This document shows, piece after piece, positions 1-12,356 of a DNA stretch of 58,897 nucleotides (the first letter of the stretch is position 1; each line of letters starts with the position of its first letter). Source of the DNA: Octopus bimaculoides (Eukaryota); assembly GCF_001194135.2 (NCBI RefSeq), contig NC_068982.1:116920097-116978993 (forward strand). Reading direction: 5' to 3'. The notes under the pieces are model-generated. The model worked only from the letters and a program-made list of their open reading frames with translations. It was not told the origin of the DNA and did not search any database. The position numbers and the translations under genes are program-made.

Positions 1-234
1 CACTCATATATTTGCGCCACGGACCTAATTCCAGTAAGATATATAGAGATGAATATACCTCTTCCTTAATTTCGAACTTGTGCCTATACACATTCCGGTA
101 ATTCCTATTTATAAAATGCATACGTATGTCTATACATATGTAGACATCTGTAAGCTTTAAACGTTTATTTTTCCGGGATACCCTATTGAAATGTGCATAG
201 GTTTGGCTTATTGTGGTTGTATATATATATATAT

Positions 235-357
235 ACGACGGGCTTCTTTCAGTTTCCGTCTACCAAATCCACTCACAAGGCTTTGGTCGGCCCGAGGCTA
301 TAGTAGAAGGCACTTGCCCAAGGTGCCACGCAGTGGGACCGAACCCGGAACCATGTG
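235..357 (-). mobile_element. SINE family 1 (tRNA-derived), partial copy
   Basis: Near-identical to 56584-56725 (acgacgggcttctttcagtttccgtctacc...cttgcccaaggtgccacgcagtggga); B-box GGTTCGGTCCC on minus strand. Confidence 0.85.
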
Positions 358-619
358 TATTATATGATTGCGTGTGTGTTTGTGTGTGTTTATAATTTAT
401 ATATATATAATTTAAGCCAGTCCAGTGGCCTGTTATTCTGCATCAATGTGTACAATTTTGCCCGATTTTAAATTTGAAGCCGTCTGTTGTCAAAGACCCA
501 AAAACCCTATCTGAAAAAACAAAGCACCCAAAAACAAGCAATTTCAAGCTAGAAGTTCAAAACGATAATTATGAATTTGTAAAATTAAGCATTCATTATT
601 TTGTTCAACTCAGATAGTT

Positions 620-1750
620 CCCCGCAGGCTTTTGCACACTTACAGCTGGCTTGTGGTACTAAAACCATTCCCCACTCATTAATGTAGAAATTTTTAAGAT
701 GACAGCATCGGGGAATTTGCAGAGAGTCTGGTGTCTTCCTATTTCTATTGAGAATATCACAGTATCAACGCTCCATTTTACTTTAATGGTTCAAAAGCAA
801 AACTGAAAATAAAGGTATCCCGCAATCAGTTAACGTTTAGGAGTTCTGATGCGTGCTATTAACAGATGAGGATAAAACCAGGGGAGATTATAACTCCATA
901 GGGATACTTTATATTGCTGCTGTTGGATTGCATGAAATTAAAGTAGCAAACAAACCACGACTTCTATTAACTATTGATAACTCAACATAGGAGACTATTG
1001 TTTACCGTTTTTCAAACATTGCAAGAGCAACAGAAATTCAATAATAACCTCGACCATTATCGTTTATTTATCTTTTATTAGACATCAAGAGATTTCTCTT
1101 AAAACAGAACTATGCTTTAATTATCTTTCTGATCGAGGAAGCATAATACGTGGAACAAAAACGATTAGAATACGATATCTATCAAAAAATCATGTACATA
1201 CCATTTAATTCGATTTGGAAAGTATTGTTTCCTACATAAATAGAACGTAAGGCTTCATAATTCCAACAATACCTTTTGGTGTCTATATTATCTATCCTTC
1301 TCTCTGGTGTAGTTACTTGAGCCTTCCATAAAATGGATTTGTGTGAAGTTTGTTAAAGACTTTGAATATAATTACCGACATAATATCAGCTATTTGTCTA
1401 ATTTGTGAAATCCAGAGTAAAGATAAAGGATAACCTGTGTCAAGCAAAATAAAAGTTATCTCTGGTTCTATCATTTCAAATCTGGAAGCAAACAGCAGAA
1501 ATGTTATTTCCTCTCATCTCATGTAGAATGAAATTTTTCATCTCACAACTGAATCCATTTTGACAGATCAGCTTTATCTTCAGATTACATCATTAATTTT
1601 TTAATTTGTCCCTTCAGGGTGGTAAAAAAGCAAAATAAAACAGACGTAAAACGTAAGGAATATTTGTAACGTCTCAACAATATCAACAAATAGAATGCCA
1701 GCAGAAGCTAATATTCAACTCCTGTATCAGCATCTAAGAATTTCTGTTTT
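620..1750 (-). mobile_element. Possible highly decayed Helitron/PIF1 helicase remnant
   Basis: Scattered minus-strand peptides (FLDADTG, ASAGI, HQTL, FSTTSQL*V) recall Helitron helicase motifs in the expected order; many stops and frameshifts. Confidence 0.25.
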
Positions 1751-2649
1751 TTTTTCTTCATCTCCATAGTTGTAAGTCATTTGTAATGGATTTTTACCTT
1801 TGAAAAAGACAATTAATACTGTATAATTCACTATAAGTAGTTACAAGATATGGACCTGTCGTTTGACGCCGCGAGTAATGAGAATATAGGAGCGCTCTGT
1901 GAAGTTGTATTTCTAACCCTGAAACAGGTTAGAAACGATAAACTTACTAACAGCATTCTCCTGACGTATTAAACATATTTTTCTTAGCTTACTGTTAACC
2001 TATGAAATGGTGGATTCGTGGCAGGAGGATAAAACATTTCATATCTCGTTCCATTTCACAAAGATATTTCTTATGCTCTGCTTATGAGGATAGAATATTT
2101 GTGACAAAACCCATTTAATCTCGGAGTTTCTAGTAACTGGTTCTATCAATAATACTACTGCTTTAAACGCACGCATACACTCGTTTTTATAATACATACG
2201 TACACACACTTATCATATAGCTGTTATTAAGAAGTAAAAAAGACCATATGATGATGATGATGATGATGATGACGATGATAGTAATAATAATACAACGAAA
2301 AATAACATTGACAAGAGTCATTGTGGCTATCGGAGATAGCCAGAACAATGAGAATAATGAGAAACGAATAATGACAGTAACAACGCCAAAAGTAACCATA
2401 TAGTTTACAACAACAGAGCGACCACCACCACCGACAATAACAATATAAGCAAATAAAAATAATGCTAATAACAATATGACGTGAAACTACATCTGTTTGT
2501 GGAATCTCGACGCAGGAATAATGAAGTTACTCTGGTGGAAAAGTTGATTGCAGGGACAGGTAGGTCAGTTACGGAAAGACCTTGTTAAGGAGGAGATTCT
2601 TAGCAACGGGCATAAGACAAAACCTATGTTCTATGAAGCAATCCAATCA

Positions 2650-4680
2650 TTGGACAAGGCGTAGTATCTGTAAGCCCACCCTGAGATCAGGAAATAGTAG
2701 ATTGGCATCTGCTGCGGTAAAGCCTGTCTCATGGAGTGTAGAGACCTCTTTAAGCCTTGGTCGAAAACCCCTCTACAGATGGTGTCTCAATAAAAAAACA
2801 AGGGTGGTTTTGTCACATCATCATAACCCTCGCTATGAGTGAAAATGTTAAATACAAATGTATTAAAAAATAGCGTGAATGAGGTTGGAACCAATAATGG
2901 TAAAAAATCTCTTACCCGGTAGGTGGCCTTTTTCACAGCAGGGCAGATCCGGTCGATGTTGCTAGTGCGGTATAAAAGAAAGCAGGAAAGATCGACTGGA
3001 GCAAATTACGGTGATAGAATGCTACATTCGAAGTGGACCTACTAGATTTGTCTATATGGACAGAACGAGAGAGATGTGTTTTGAGACAAGAAAGGGAATG
3101 TTTGATGTAACCCAACAGAGACCAAGCAACCAAGTATGATATAAAGGAGAAAGGTTACTAAACAGAAGTACAAATCGAGGGAATCAAGCGCCAAAACTAC
3201 CAGACGGAATATAGCAATTTAAGACAGATATATGTCAACGACACTGAGGTTTGAGACATAGAGGTTCAGATACCACATATCAAGAGACGCATAAATGTCC
3301 GATGAAGAGCTGGTTATTGCTGGTAGATTACATGACATTACCCAGTTAGATGAAACGAAAAGTGTTACCATGAATAACAAAGATAAAATACTAAATAGTG
3401 AAATAGATATAAATAACTAACCAAGTCTTGGACAATATAAGAAATAAATGTATCATCTTGACCAACAACATAGTGCATACCGCAACAGTCGTAGTAACGG
3501 AATGACTTGGCCTGAAGATATCAAAACCTCAAAAGAAAGAAAGAGAACCCTGGTGGAAAAGGTGATTGCAGGAACAGGTAGGTCACTTACGAAAAGACCT
3601 TGTGAAGGAGGAGATTCTTAGCCACGAGCATAAGACAAAAACCTATCCTCTATGAAGCAATCCAAAGAAATACTGGTTGAAACAAAAAAGATATTGGAGA
3701 GAAATGGAAGAATGGAAACAAAGGATAAAAGCAAACGCTGCCAAGATCAAGAGATATAATAACAGAATTGAACAGTCTAAACAAAATAAGTTGTTCGAAG
3801 TAGATCAAAGTAGATTTTACACGGAACTAAATTGAAATGTTACAGTAAATGTACTGTTTAACAAGGAAAAAACAAAGGAATTCTGGAGAATCATTTGAAG
3901 CCATGAAGTGAAACACAATGGTGGTGAAGAATTGAAGAATGTTTAAAATGGATAAAAACAAATAACGCAGATTTTGCTAAAACAGAAACTTAAAGGCCAC
4001 AATAGCAAAGTTAATACATGTCTTGCAAAGGATGCCCGACCTAGATTTGGTCTAGAGATTTTGGCTAAAACGTTTCACTGCTTTTCATGAGAGAATGAGC
4101 ACACAACTAAATAGCTGTATCGAGACAGCTGTTCCTGAATGGATGAAGAAAGTTAGGACAGTGTTGATATTGAAAGATCAGAGGAAAGGAGATATAGCAA
4201 ATAACTGCCGACCAAAAACTTGGCTTCTAATGGTGTGGAATTTGCAAACAAGTTTTATTGCAAAGGATATATAAATATAGGTATCTTAAGGAATGTGATA
4301 TGCTACCAGAAAAAGCTGAGAGGATGCACAAATGGTTGCAAAGGAACAAATGACTTGTTATATATAGATCAGTGCAAGTCCTCTCGGATGTCAAAATCAG
4401 GAAGAAAAACTTAGTAACGACATGAATTGATTACTAAAAAATATATGATAGTGTGCCACACCCATGGATCCCTAGAATGGCTAATTATATTTGGGATAGC
4501 TGAAAACATTGTGCAGCTCTTATGAAACAACATGCCAAAATGGATAACTATACAAATATCAGGTCAAGGTAAATTAGGCGGACCAGCATAACTAGGGGAA
4601 TATTCCAAGGTGACACACTCTCGCAACTACTATTCGTGGTTGCTCTTATTCCGCTTGCATTGCCCTAGAGAGAGGCTAAG
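2650..4680 (+). mobile_element. R4/Dong-clade non-LTR retrotransposon fragment A (N-terminal domain plus RT to the QGD motif), pseudogenised
   Basis: [41 protein letters not shown] (~3705-3830); VPEWMKKVRTVLILKD; IDY*KIYDSVPHPWI; GIFQGDTLSQLLFV; stops and frameshifts. Confidence 0.8.
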
Positions 4681-4694
4681 TCGTGCAAAGAATT

Positions 4695-4810
<116 letters not shown>

Positions 4811-5090
4811 CATAATGCCCTGATGCAGTACCAGACGGTGGCTCTCATGGCTTCTGAGCTTAACTGATGATTGTTTTGACTTGGTATAAAAGATGGGCTA
4901 CAGCAAATATTCTGCTCAATACCAAAGATTTGCTTGTCAGTTGTTTGACCTTAACCAGTTGAGCATGTCTCGCACAAAAGGTTGTGATGCATGTGCCTGG
5001 TGTACCCTTATCAGACGGGTAGTCATAATGAGTATGCTGAGCTTCGTATATTTTACTCAAGTGTAACTTTGATAGTATGCACTGCTCTCT
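4811..5090. repeat. Unclassified interspersed repeat, internally deleted copy
   Basis: Aligns with 9545-9720 and 9975-10070 (gatgcagtaccag...ggctctcatggcttctga; tataaaagatgggctacagcaaat; ggttgtgatgcatgt) but lacks the middle. Confidence 0.8.
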
Positions 5091-5093
5091 CAC

Positions 5094-6597
5094 TTTTCCA
5101 AGGCGACTCACTTTCATCCCTAATTTTTTGCATAGCCCTAATACCCCTTACACGTGTACTTAACAAAACAGGGTATGGGTATAAAATTGACGACAAGAAA
5201 ATAAGCCTTGTATTTTACATGGATGACTTAAAACTCTGGCAAAAACCATAATGAGTATGAAGGCTTATTACGTAATTTGAAAGCATTCAGTAATGGCATC
5301 GGGGTGGAATTTAATCTTGATAAATGTGCCAAAGGCTCTTTCCAGAAAGGGAAATTGAAGACCTCACATTCAGTGGTGTTACATGTTTTCACAGTTATAA
5401 AAAACCTTGAGCAGGAACAAACTTACAAATATCTCGGAATAAATTAGTGTTCTAGCATTCAGCATTCAAGCATGAAAGAGAAGATCAGAGAGGAAAGTTA
5501 CAGTCCATAAGATCTGAATTAAATGCACGTAACAAGGCGTTAGCCATAAATTACTTAATAGTTGTTATTTATAGTTTTAATGAGTTGAACTGGAGTGTCA
5601 GTGAAATAAGGAAAATTGACAGGAAAAACGGTAAGCTGCTGACTTGCAATAAGATGCATCACCCAAACGTAGATGTAGATCGTCTTCACCTTCCCAGAGC
5701 TGAAGGTGATCGTGGTTTGATCAAATTTGAAATCTCTTACAAAACCACTACAATTAGATTGGCCAAATATCTTGAAACCTCTAACGACCTGATGCTAAAA
5801 CTTGTTGAAATACACGAGAGACTAAGAAGCTTCATGAAGGAGAGCAACAAAAAAAAAAATGCTAGTGAGTTCATGCATAATACCCAGGTTGAACAGCATA
5901 ATGGAAATGCAAGAACTGTTGTGGCAAAGAAGGTGAAATCAATGACAAAGCAAAAAGCATTTGAACACTTGGCTGATAGGCGGGAACACAAACCTCTGCA
6001 TGACAAATATGTGGCCCGTAGCAAAAAGCTGATGTAGACCAGAAGCACACCCATCAGTTGTTATGGAGCTTAGCGCTAACGGCAGAGACCGAGGGCTTTA
6101 TCAGAGCTTATTGACCATGAACTTCCAAGCCAATGTAATGAAAACTGGAGTAGACCAAAAGTCTACTCCATTTTTTGGTATAGACATTTGTTTCAATCTT
6201 ATACTGCAACGATAAGATTGGAGCAGTGAACCACCTAATTTCTAGGTGCAAAGTTTTAGCACCTGTAGAGTATAAATCATGACATGACAGAGTTGGCTAA
6301 TATCTACACTGGATAATATGTCGGCATTATAAAATCAAAGCAGCTGACAAATGGTGCAAGCACTATCTTGAGGCTGTAACTGAAGGAGAAAATGTAACGA
6401 TTCTTTGGGACTTTCAAGTACTTACAGAGCGGGCCATCAAAGCTAATAAACCAGATATTATTGTGAAAGAGCAAAACAATAAAATCTGTTTATTGATCGG
6501 CACGGGAATGTCTTGTGATTATAATATTTCGGCAAAAGAATTTGATAATCTCAGAAAATATAAAGATTTGCTGATTGAAATCGAAAACGGCATATAG
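5094..6597 (+). mobile_element. R4/Dong-clade LINE fragment B (RT 3' half, Zn-knuckle region, RLE endonuclease)
   Basis: FQGDSLSSLIFCIALIPL, YMDDLKL, YKYLGI, DVDRLHLPRAEGDRGL, HDRVG*YLHWIIC, ILWDFQVLTERAIKANKPDIIVKE, KYKDLLIEIE. Confidence 0.88.
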
Positions 6598-7815
6598 AAT
6601 TGCAAGAATTTTTTTTACGGAGAAAGACGGTATTTGTTTTTGCTGTAATGTTGGAGAACTCCTACGTGAGATGGGGTACGGCCATAATCCTGAAGAATGG
6701 AAACTCTTCATAGATTCAAGAAAAGCAAGCCTAAGAGCTGTTTCGCTGTATAATGGCAATCAAAAACGTTCAATACCACTAGAACATGCTGTACGATTAA
6801 AGGAAACTTATGAATCAATGGATAGCATTTTTATACTTAATTAAATATTCTGAGTACAAGTAGAATATATGCGGGAACTTGAAAGTTATTGGTTTGATTC
6901 TTGGGTTGCAACTGAGGAACAGCAGAGATGTCAAGCGTTACTATGATAAAAAAGAGTGGCCAGGGAGATACAACGTTAAATATATCCCTTGCGTTGATCC
7001 TCAGAAAAATTACTTTCCTCCCTTACACATTAAACTTGGCTTGTTTACGAATGTTGTTAAAGCCATGAATGAAGACAGTGAAGGATTCAAATATCTCAGT
7101 GAAAAATTTATTTCTAGCCAGAGTGAAGCTAAGATCAAAGCTGGTGTTTTTAATGGACCAGATTTGTCGCACATTAATTTGTGATTAGCTTTTTCAAGAA
7201 AAAGTCAGCCGAGTAGAGTAAACTGCTTAGGAAAAGCTTGCTTCTCTTGTAAAAGATGTTTTGGGGAAATAAATCATCTAACTACGTTGCAATTGTAAAT
7301 AATTTTTAGAAAGCTTATAAGAAACTTGGGGCAAGAATGTCTCTAAAAATTCATTTTCTCCACTCTCATCGTTACTTTTTTCCATCCAATATAGGTGATG
7401 TAAGCATTGAGTATGGTGAACAATTTCATCAAAAAAATCGAAGAGCTACAAGGCCGTTGCAATGGCAGACTTACACCAAACATGCTGACGGACTACTACT
7501 GGTTTTTAAAACGAGAAAAGGACATGCAGCAAGAGGGTAAAAGAAAATTCCAAAGCTATTTTTGAAAAACATAAAATTAATAATATTCACTTTACACTAT
7601 TGTTTTTTTATTGATTTTAGAGCTACTTGTACATCTAGTTGCTATTGTTCTTATAACAAATAACGGTAATTTACGTTTAACATAACACTCATTTTGTCAT
7701 GAATTTTCACATTATTGTAATGTTGATAGCAGTATGATAATGATAGCGTAAAAACGTGACGTGCTAGAGCAGAAATGATTGCAGATTCTGAATCAGCGCT
7801 CCCAAATTACCAATG
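6598..7815 (+). mobile_element. Chapaev3-like (CMC superfamily) DNA transposon, 3' portion, decayed
   Basis: EWKLFIDSRKASLRAVSLYNGN, LKVIGLILGLQL, PPLHIKLGLFTNVVKAM, SEAKIKAGVFNGP, MSLKIHFLHSH..FFPSNIGDVSIEYGEQFHQ; subterminal gacgtgctagagcagaaatgattgcagattctgaatcagcgctcccaaatt. Confidence 0.75.
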
Positions 7816-7829
7816 AGCACCATTTCATC

Positions 7830-8890
7830 TAATAGTAGCAAAACGTTTGTTGCCCAATGTAGTCTTCCTCAATGTTGGATAAAGGAATGCTTGGAAATGT
7901 TTAAAATTTCAGAAGTAATCAGGCATTTTGTATCTCGCTCCATGAAGCTCAGAGAAACAGCATTAATTTCAACACCGACACTACAACAACAAACGCTGGA
8001 CAACACAATATTAATTGTGGAACATTTCAAGGAGACTAGTTATCTCCTTGGTTATTCTGCGTAGTACTCTTACCCGCTAAGTAAAGTCTTGAATGAAACA
8101 AATTATGGATACAGTGCGTAATGAAACACAATTAATCATCACCTCTATATGGATGACTTGAAACTGTTCGCAAAGATGATCAACAACTGCAAGCTCTCCT
8201 ACACGCTGTCAAACAATTTAGCGATAGCATCAAAATAGAATTTGGGTTTGACAAATGCGTCAATGCTACATTTATTAAGGGAAAAACAAAACTATCAAAC
8301 ACAGGAAACATCACCCCAAGATAGAAATACCGAGATAAAAGGGTTAAAACCTCAGGGAAGTTGTATGTATCTAGGAGTATGTGAAGGAAATAGGATTAAA
8401 CACTCACCAATGAAAGAAAAGATAATAAAGGAGTGCTGCAGAAGAGTTAGCACCATTGTGAAGTCTGAGCTGAATATTAGAAACAAAACTGAGGCCACAA
8501 ACACATTTGGCCATGCCTGTAATCACATACAGCTTCAATATTGTAAGCTGGCCCCTCTCTGAGATCAACAAAGGTGATGTCAAAATACGAAAGCTGTTGA
8601 CGATGCATCGTATGCATCACTTAAAAGGCAGGCATACACCGAAATATAACTCCCGAGAAGCGAAGGAGGTTTGGGGTTAATACGAACTTAACTCCAATTG
8701 GAAATTGCAACAAGAAAGAAAAACTGAATTACAAAGCTGGTTCAGAAACATGACGATACCAAAAAAAAAAAAAAAAAATGCTCTGACGAAACACGCCAAA
8801 ATGCATCTCCGAGAAATGCAACAATATGAACCAGTATCCGAAGAAAATATGTCCCCAGCAGACAAGGCAAAACAAATAAAAATATAGCCA
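7830..8890 (+). mobile_element. R4/Dong-clade LINE fragment C (RT core and thumb)
   Basis: LPQCWIKECLEMFKIS, GTFQGD*LSP, HHLYMDDLKLF, YLGVCEG..IKHSPMKEKIIKECCRRV, KSELNIRNK, LPRSEGG. Confidence 0.85.
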
Positions 8891-9028
8891 TGTGTTGAGA
8901 GGGATTTCTTTCGGGGTGTATAATTCACACTTGAAAACATAGGTATCTCGTTCATCATTCTTAAAGAAACCGGGTCTTTTTTATTTGTATCCCAGTTTAG
9001 CTTTAATGGCACGCATTGCTCTCTCACT

Positions 9029-9172
<144 letters not shown>

Positions 9173-9361
9173 GAGCGCTCAGAGACCGCAAACCTCTGCC
9201 AAGTGAACACCAACGTCATCTTAATGATTGGCCGGGGATTATTTTTAAAATGAGAATATCTAAAATAAACTTCACTGCACTCACAAACGAGAATATTGAA
9301 AATGAACCCCACCGCTCTCAAAAATTAAGTAAAACAAAAAAACAGGAAAAATAAGCCAGAA

Positions 9362-9520
9362 TCCTTATCCGATACCCGATCGATCCTCAACTCTTATCAG
9401 ATCGTGCCATTCACACGGCCAAAGATCCCTGAAAGTTTCATTCAAATCCATCCAGCGGTTCTTGAGATATCTTGTACACGGACAAACAAACAAATACGAC
9501 TGATAACAATACCTCCGCCT
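9362..9520 (-). mobile_element. Non-autonomous DNA element, DINE-1/HINE-like or Crypton-like
   Basis: Minus strand reads ggcggaggtattg...tttgtttgtttgtccgtgtacaagatatctcaagaaccgctggatggatttgaatgaaactttcaggg, the GGCGGAGG + GTTT/GTCC-repeat + aaccg..gatt..atgaaactt layout of these elements. Confidence 0.45.
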
Positions 9521-9544
9521 AGTTATAATAATAGTTATTAAGAT

Positions 9545-10075
9545 AAAAGCCCAGATGCAGTACCAGGCAGTGGCTCTCATGGCTTCTGATCTTAACTGAT
9601 TGGAAGTGTTATCATGTGCATTGCTTTGTCTTAGTATAAAAGATGGGCTACAGCAAATTTTCTGCTGAATACCACAGATTTGCTTGTCAGTTGTTTAACC
9701 TTAACCAGTTGAGCATGTCCCTTAGTGGCTGACGATATGTGCATCTCTGATCACAAGCAGAAGTAGTGGAAGAGCATCATAACCATGTGTGGAGAGGAAT
9801 TCTTCGGGGTTTGGATAAGTCATCTTTGGAAACACGAGTGTTTCGTTCAACATCCTTAAGCAACACTTATTCAGGGATCTTTTGAGGAGCATTGGCTACT
9901 CGACCTGAAGAAAATTCTAACTGGGCCCTACCTGCAAGATCATGTGCTGTTTATCTTGATATGAGGTCATCATGTCGCGTACATATGGTTGTGATGCATG
10001 TTCCTGGTGTACCTTTATCAGACACGTAGTCATGGTAGGTATACTGGGCTACGTACATTTTATCCCAGTGTCATA
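9545..10075. repeat. Unclassified interspersed repeat, longer copy (fragments also at 4811-5090 and 8886-8990)
   Basis: Three homologous segments within the window. Confidence 0.8.
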
Positions 10076-11542
10076 AAAGTTGCATGAAGAAAGCTAGAGA
10101 AAGGCATAACCTATAATACATAGACAAACCAATTCTGAATGCAGTAAACGCTAGAATGGAAAATCTCACAATAGCATGGATAGATTATAGAAATACTTAT
10201 GACATGATACCACACCCACCGGTAAGTGAATGTTTGAGTATATTCACTATAGTAAGCAACATGAGAGAATTAAGTAGCTGTAGCATAAAGAAATGGAAAG
10301 TAGATCTCTACTCAGGTGACACACTGTTAGGGAAAGTTAATATCAAAACAGGAATTTCGCTGGGAGACTCGGCGTCCCCTTTAATATTTGTTTTATGTTT
10401 GATCTTCCCCAGCTTAATATTAAGGAAGGCAAACGCAGGGTATCAGTTCAGAAATAGTAAGGGAAAAATTGCCCATTTGGTCTACATGGATGATCTGAAG
10501 CTTTTTAGTGAGAATGAAAATGAGATAGTTACCTTAATACTGATCGTAAGACCCTTCAGGCAAGAAATAGGCGTGGAATAAGTATGCAATATTAGACATG
10601 AAAAGGGAACAGGTAGTCAGCTGTGAAGGAATCCAATTACTAGATGACTAGACATTAAAATCATTAGAAGAAGGAGAGAATTATAAGTACTTAGGAGTAT
10701 AAGAATCTGACAGAATATTAATTATAGAAATGAAAACGAAAATTGAGAAGGAGTACATCAGAAGTGTGAGGAAGCTAATGAAGTCAAAGCTAAATGTTCC
10801 GAATCTAGTGAAGGCTGTAAATACTAGGGCAGTATCATTACTTAGATACTCAATAGCTTTTCTAGATTAGATAAAAATTGAATTAGCAAAGCTAGGTAGA
10901 AGAACAAGGAACGAATTCAATATGAATGGAGGACTCCAGCCAAGGGCAGGAATAGCAAGATTATATTTACCTAGTAAGGAAGGTAAAAGAGAATTAATAT
11001 CAGTAGAAGACTGCGTGGAGGTAGCTAGAGTAGATATAGACTCATATGCAGGTAATAGTGAAGAAAGTTTAAGAGCTGCTAGAGTCCCGGCAAGATATGG
11101 GGAAAACAAAAAACAAACCAAGTTAAAAACTAGAAAAAAGACAAGAGCAGGAGAAGGATTCCCAAAGATAGTTGTAGTAAATAGTAGTAGTGAGACATGA
11201 TTATGGTTGCAGAAAGGAAGGCTGAAAAGGGAGACAGAAAGTTTGCTAAAAGCAGCACATGGTCAAGCATCAAGGACCAATTAGAGAAAAGGCAAGTAGA
11301 AAAAAACCAAGTAGATCCCCAATGTGAGAGAATGTAGCATACTATCACAGAAAGAATACAAGAAAAGACATGACTAACGAGGGAGAGTAATCCACTGGGA
11401 GTTATGTAGAAAGGTAGGATTTCAACATACTGATAATGGTATGAGCATGAACCTGGTAAAGTACTAGAAAGTAAGAAGTAGAAGACGCTGTGAGACTTTA
11501 ACATTGAGACTGCCAGATTAATAAAAGCTAAAATGCCTGATT

Positions 11543-11581
<39 letters not shown>

Positions 11582-11940
11582 ACAAAGTGAATACAAAGTG
11601 TTAGGTAATTGACTTTGCAGTCCCAAATGATGAAAAGAATCAATACGAGAGGTATAGAAAATATAGCAAAGTACCAGGACCTAGCCATTGAATTACCAAG
11701 ACTATGGAAAGTGCGGGCAAAATGTATCCCACTTGTTATAGGTGCATTAGGAACTACCCCTAAAAATTTGAACAGATCTATAGAGAAAACAGGCTTAAAT
11801 CCCAGTTTAGTACCGCTGCAGAAAACAGTGTTATTATGGACAGATAAGATATTTAAAAAGGTTCTTGGCATCTAAGGTTAGTTATTGTAGCCTCATGTTA
11901 GGAAATCTTTCTTTTCCAACAGTCCAATCTGTTGTGTGTA
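10076..11940 (+). mobile_element. R4/Dong-clade LINE fragment D (RT through RLE and 3' UTR)
   Basis: AWIDYRNTYDMIPHP, GISLGDSASPLIFV, HLVYMDDLKLF, ARLYLPSKEGKRELISVEDCV, PDL(V)12DK..VIDFAVP, KYQDLAIELPRLWKV...PLVIGALGT, LQKTVLLWTDKIFKKVL. Confidence 0.9.
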
Positions 11941-12090
11941 TATGAATGAGGGTGAGGGTGACAATACAAAGGTAGATATAAAGTGTGGATGTTAACATAT
12001 AATGGGATGATAAAAAGATATAATAGAGCTTGTATAATTGTATACAATATCAATAGTGCGTATGGCAAGTAAATCGTCAGAGCGTCATTG

Positions 12091-12356
12091 TCGGTCTCGC
12101 ACCGAATATTGCTTGACGATATAAAAATATACCTGCTCTGTTATTTATATTGAGTGTGCTTTTATTTCTAACTTATGGTCAATTATCTGACAATTTACGC
12201 GGTCTCTTGTCGCAACATTTAATACGATAAACCGTCATGTTGTTTGTATTTTATAGCTGCTTCTCTAGCTGAACGCTTATACATCGTCACTAAAGGCATT
12301 GAGTTATATGTAGAATTTTCAATATTTCTCTGAGGCAATATTCAGCGTGAAACCGA
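12091..12356. mobile_element. Putative MITE-like element bounded by 26-bp imperfect inverted repeats
   Basis: tcggtctcgcaccgaatattgcttga (12091-12116) versus reverse complement of 12331-12356 tcggtttcacgctgaatattgcctca. Confidence 0.4.

Noticed and set aside
1910-1935. Hairpin tttctaaccctgaaacaggttagaaa as a Helitron 3' terminator
   Set aside because: It lies on the wrong side of the putative minus-strand helicase remnant and no CTRR end follows
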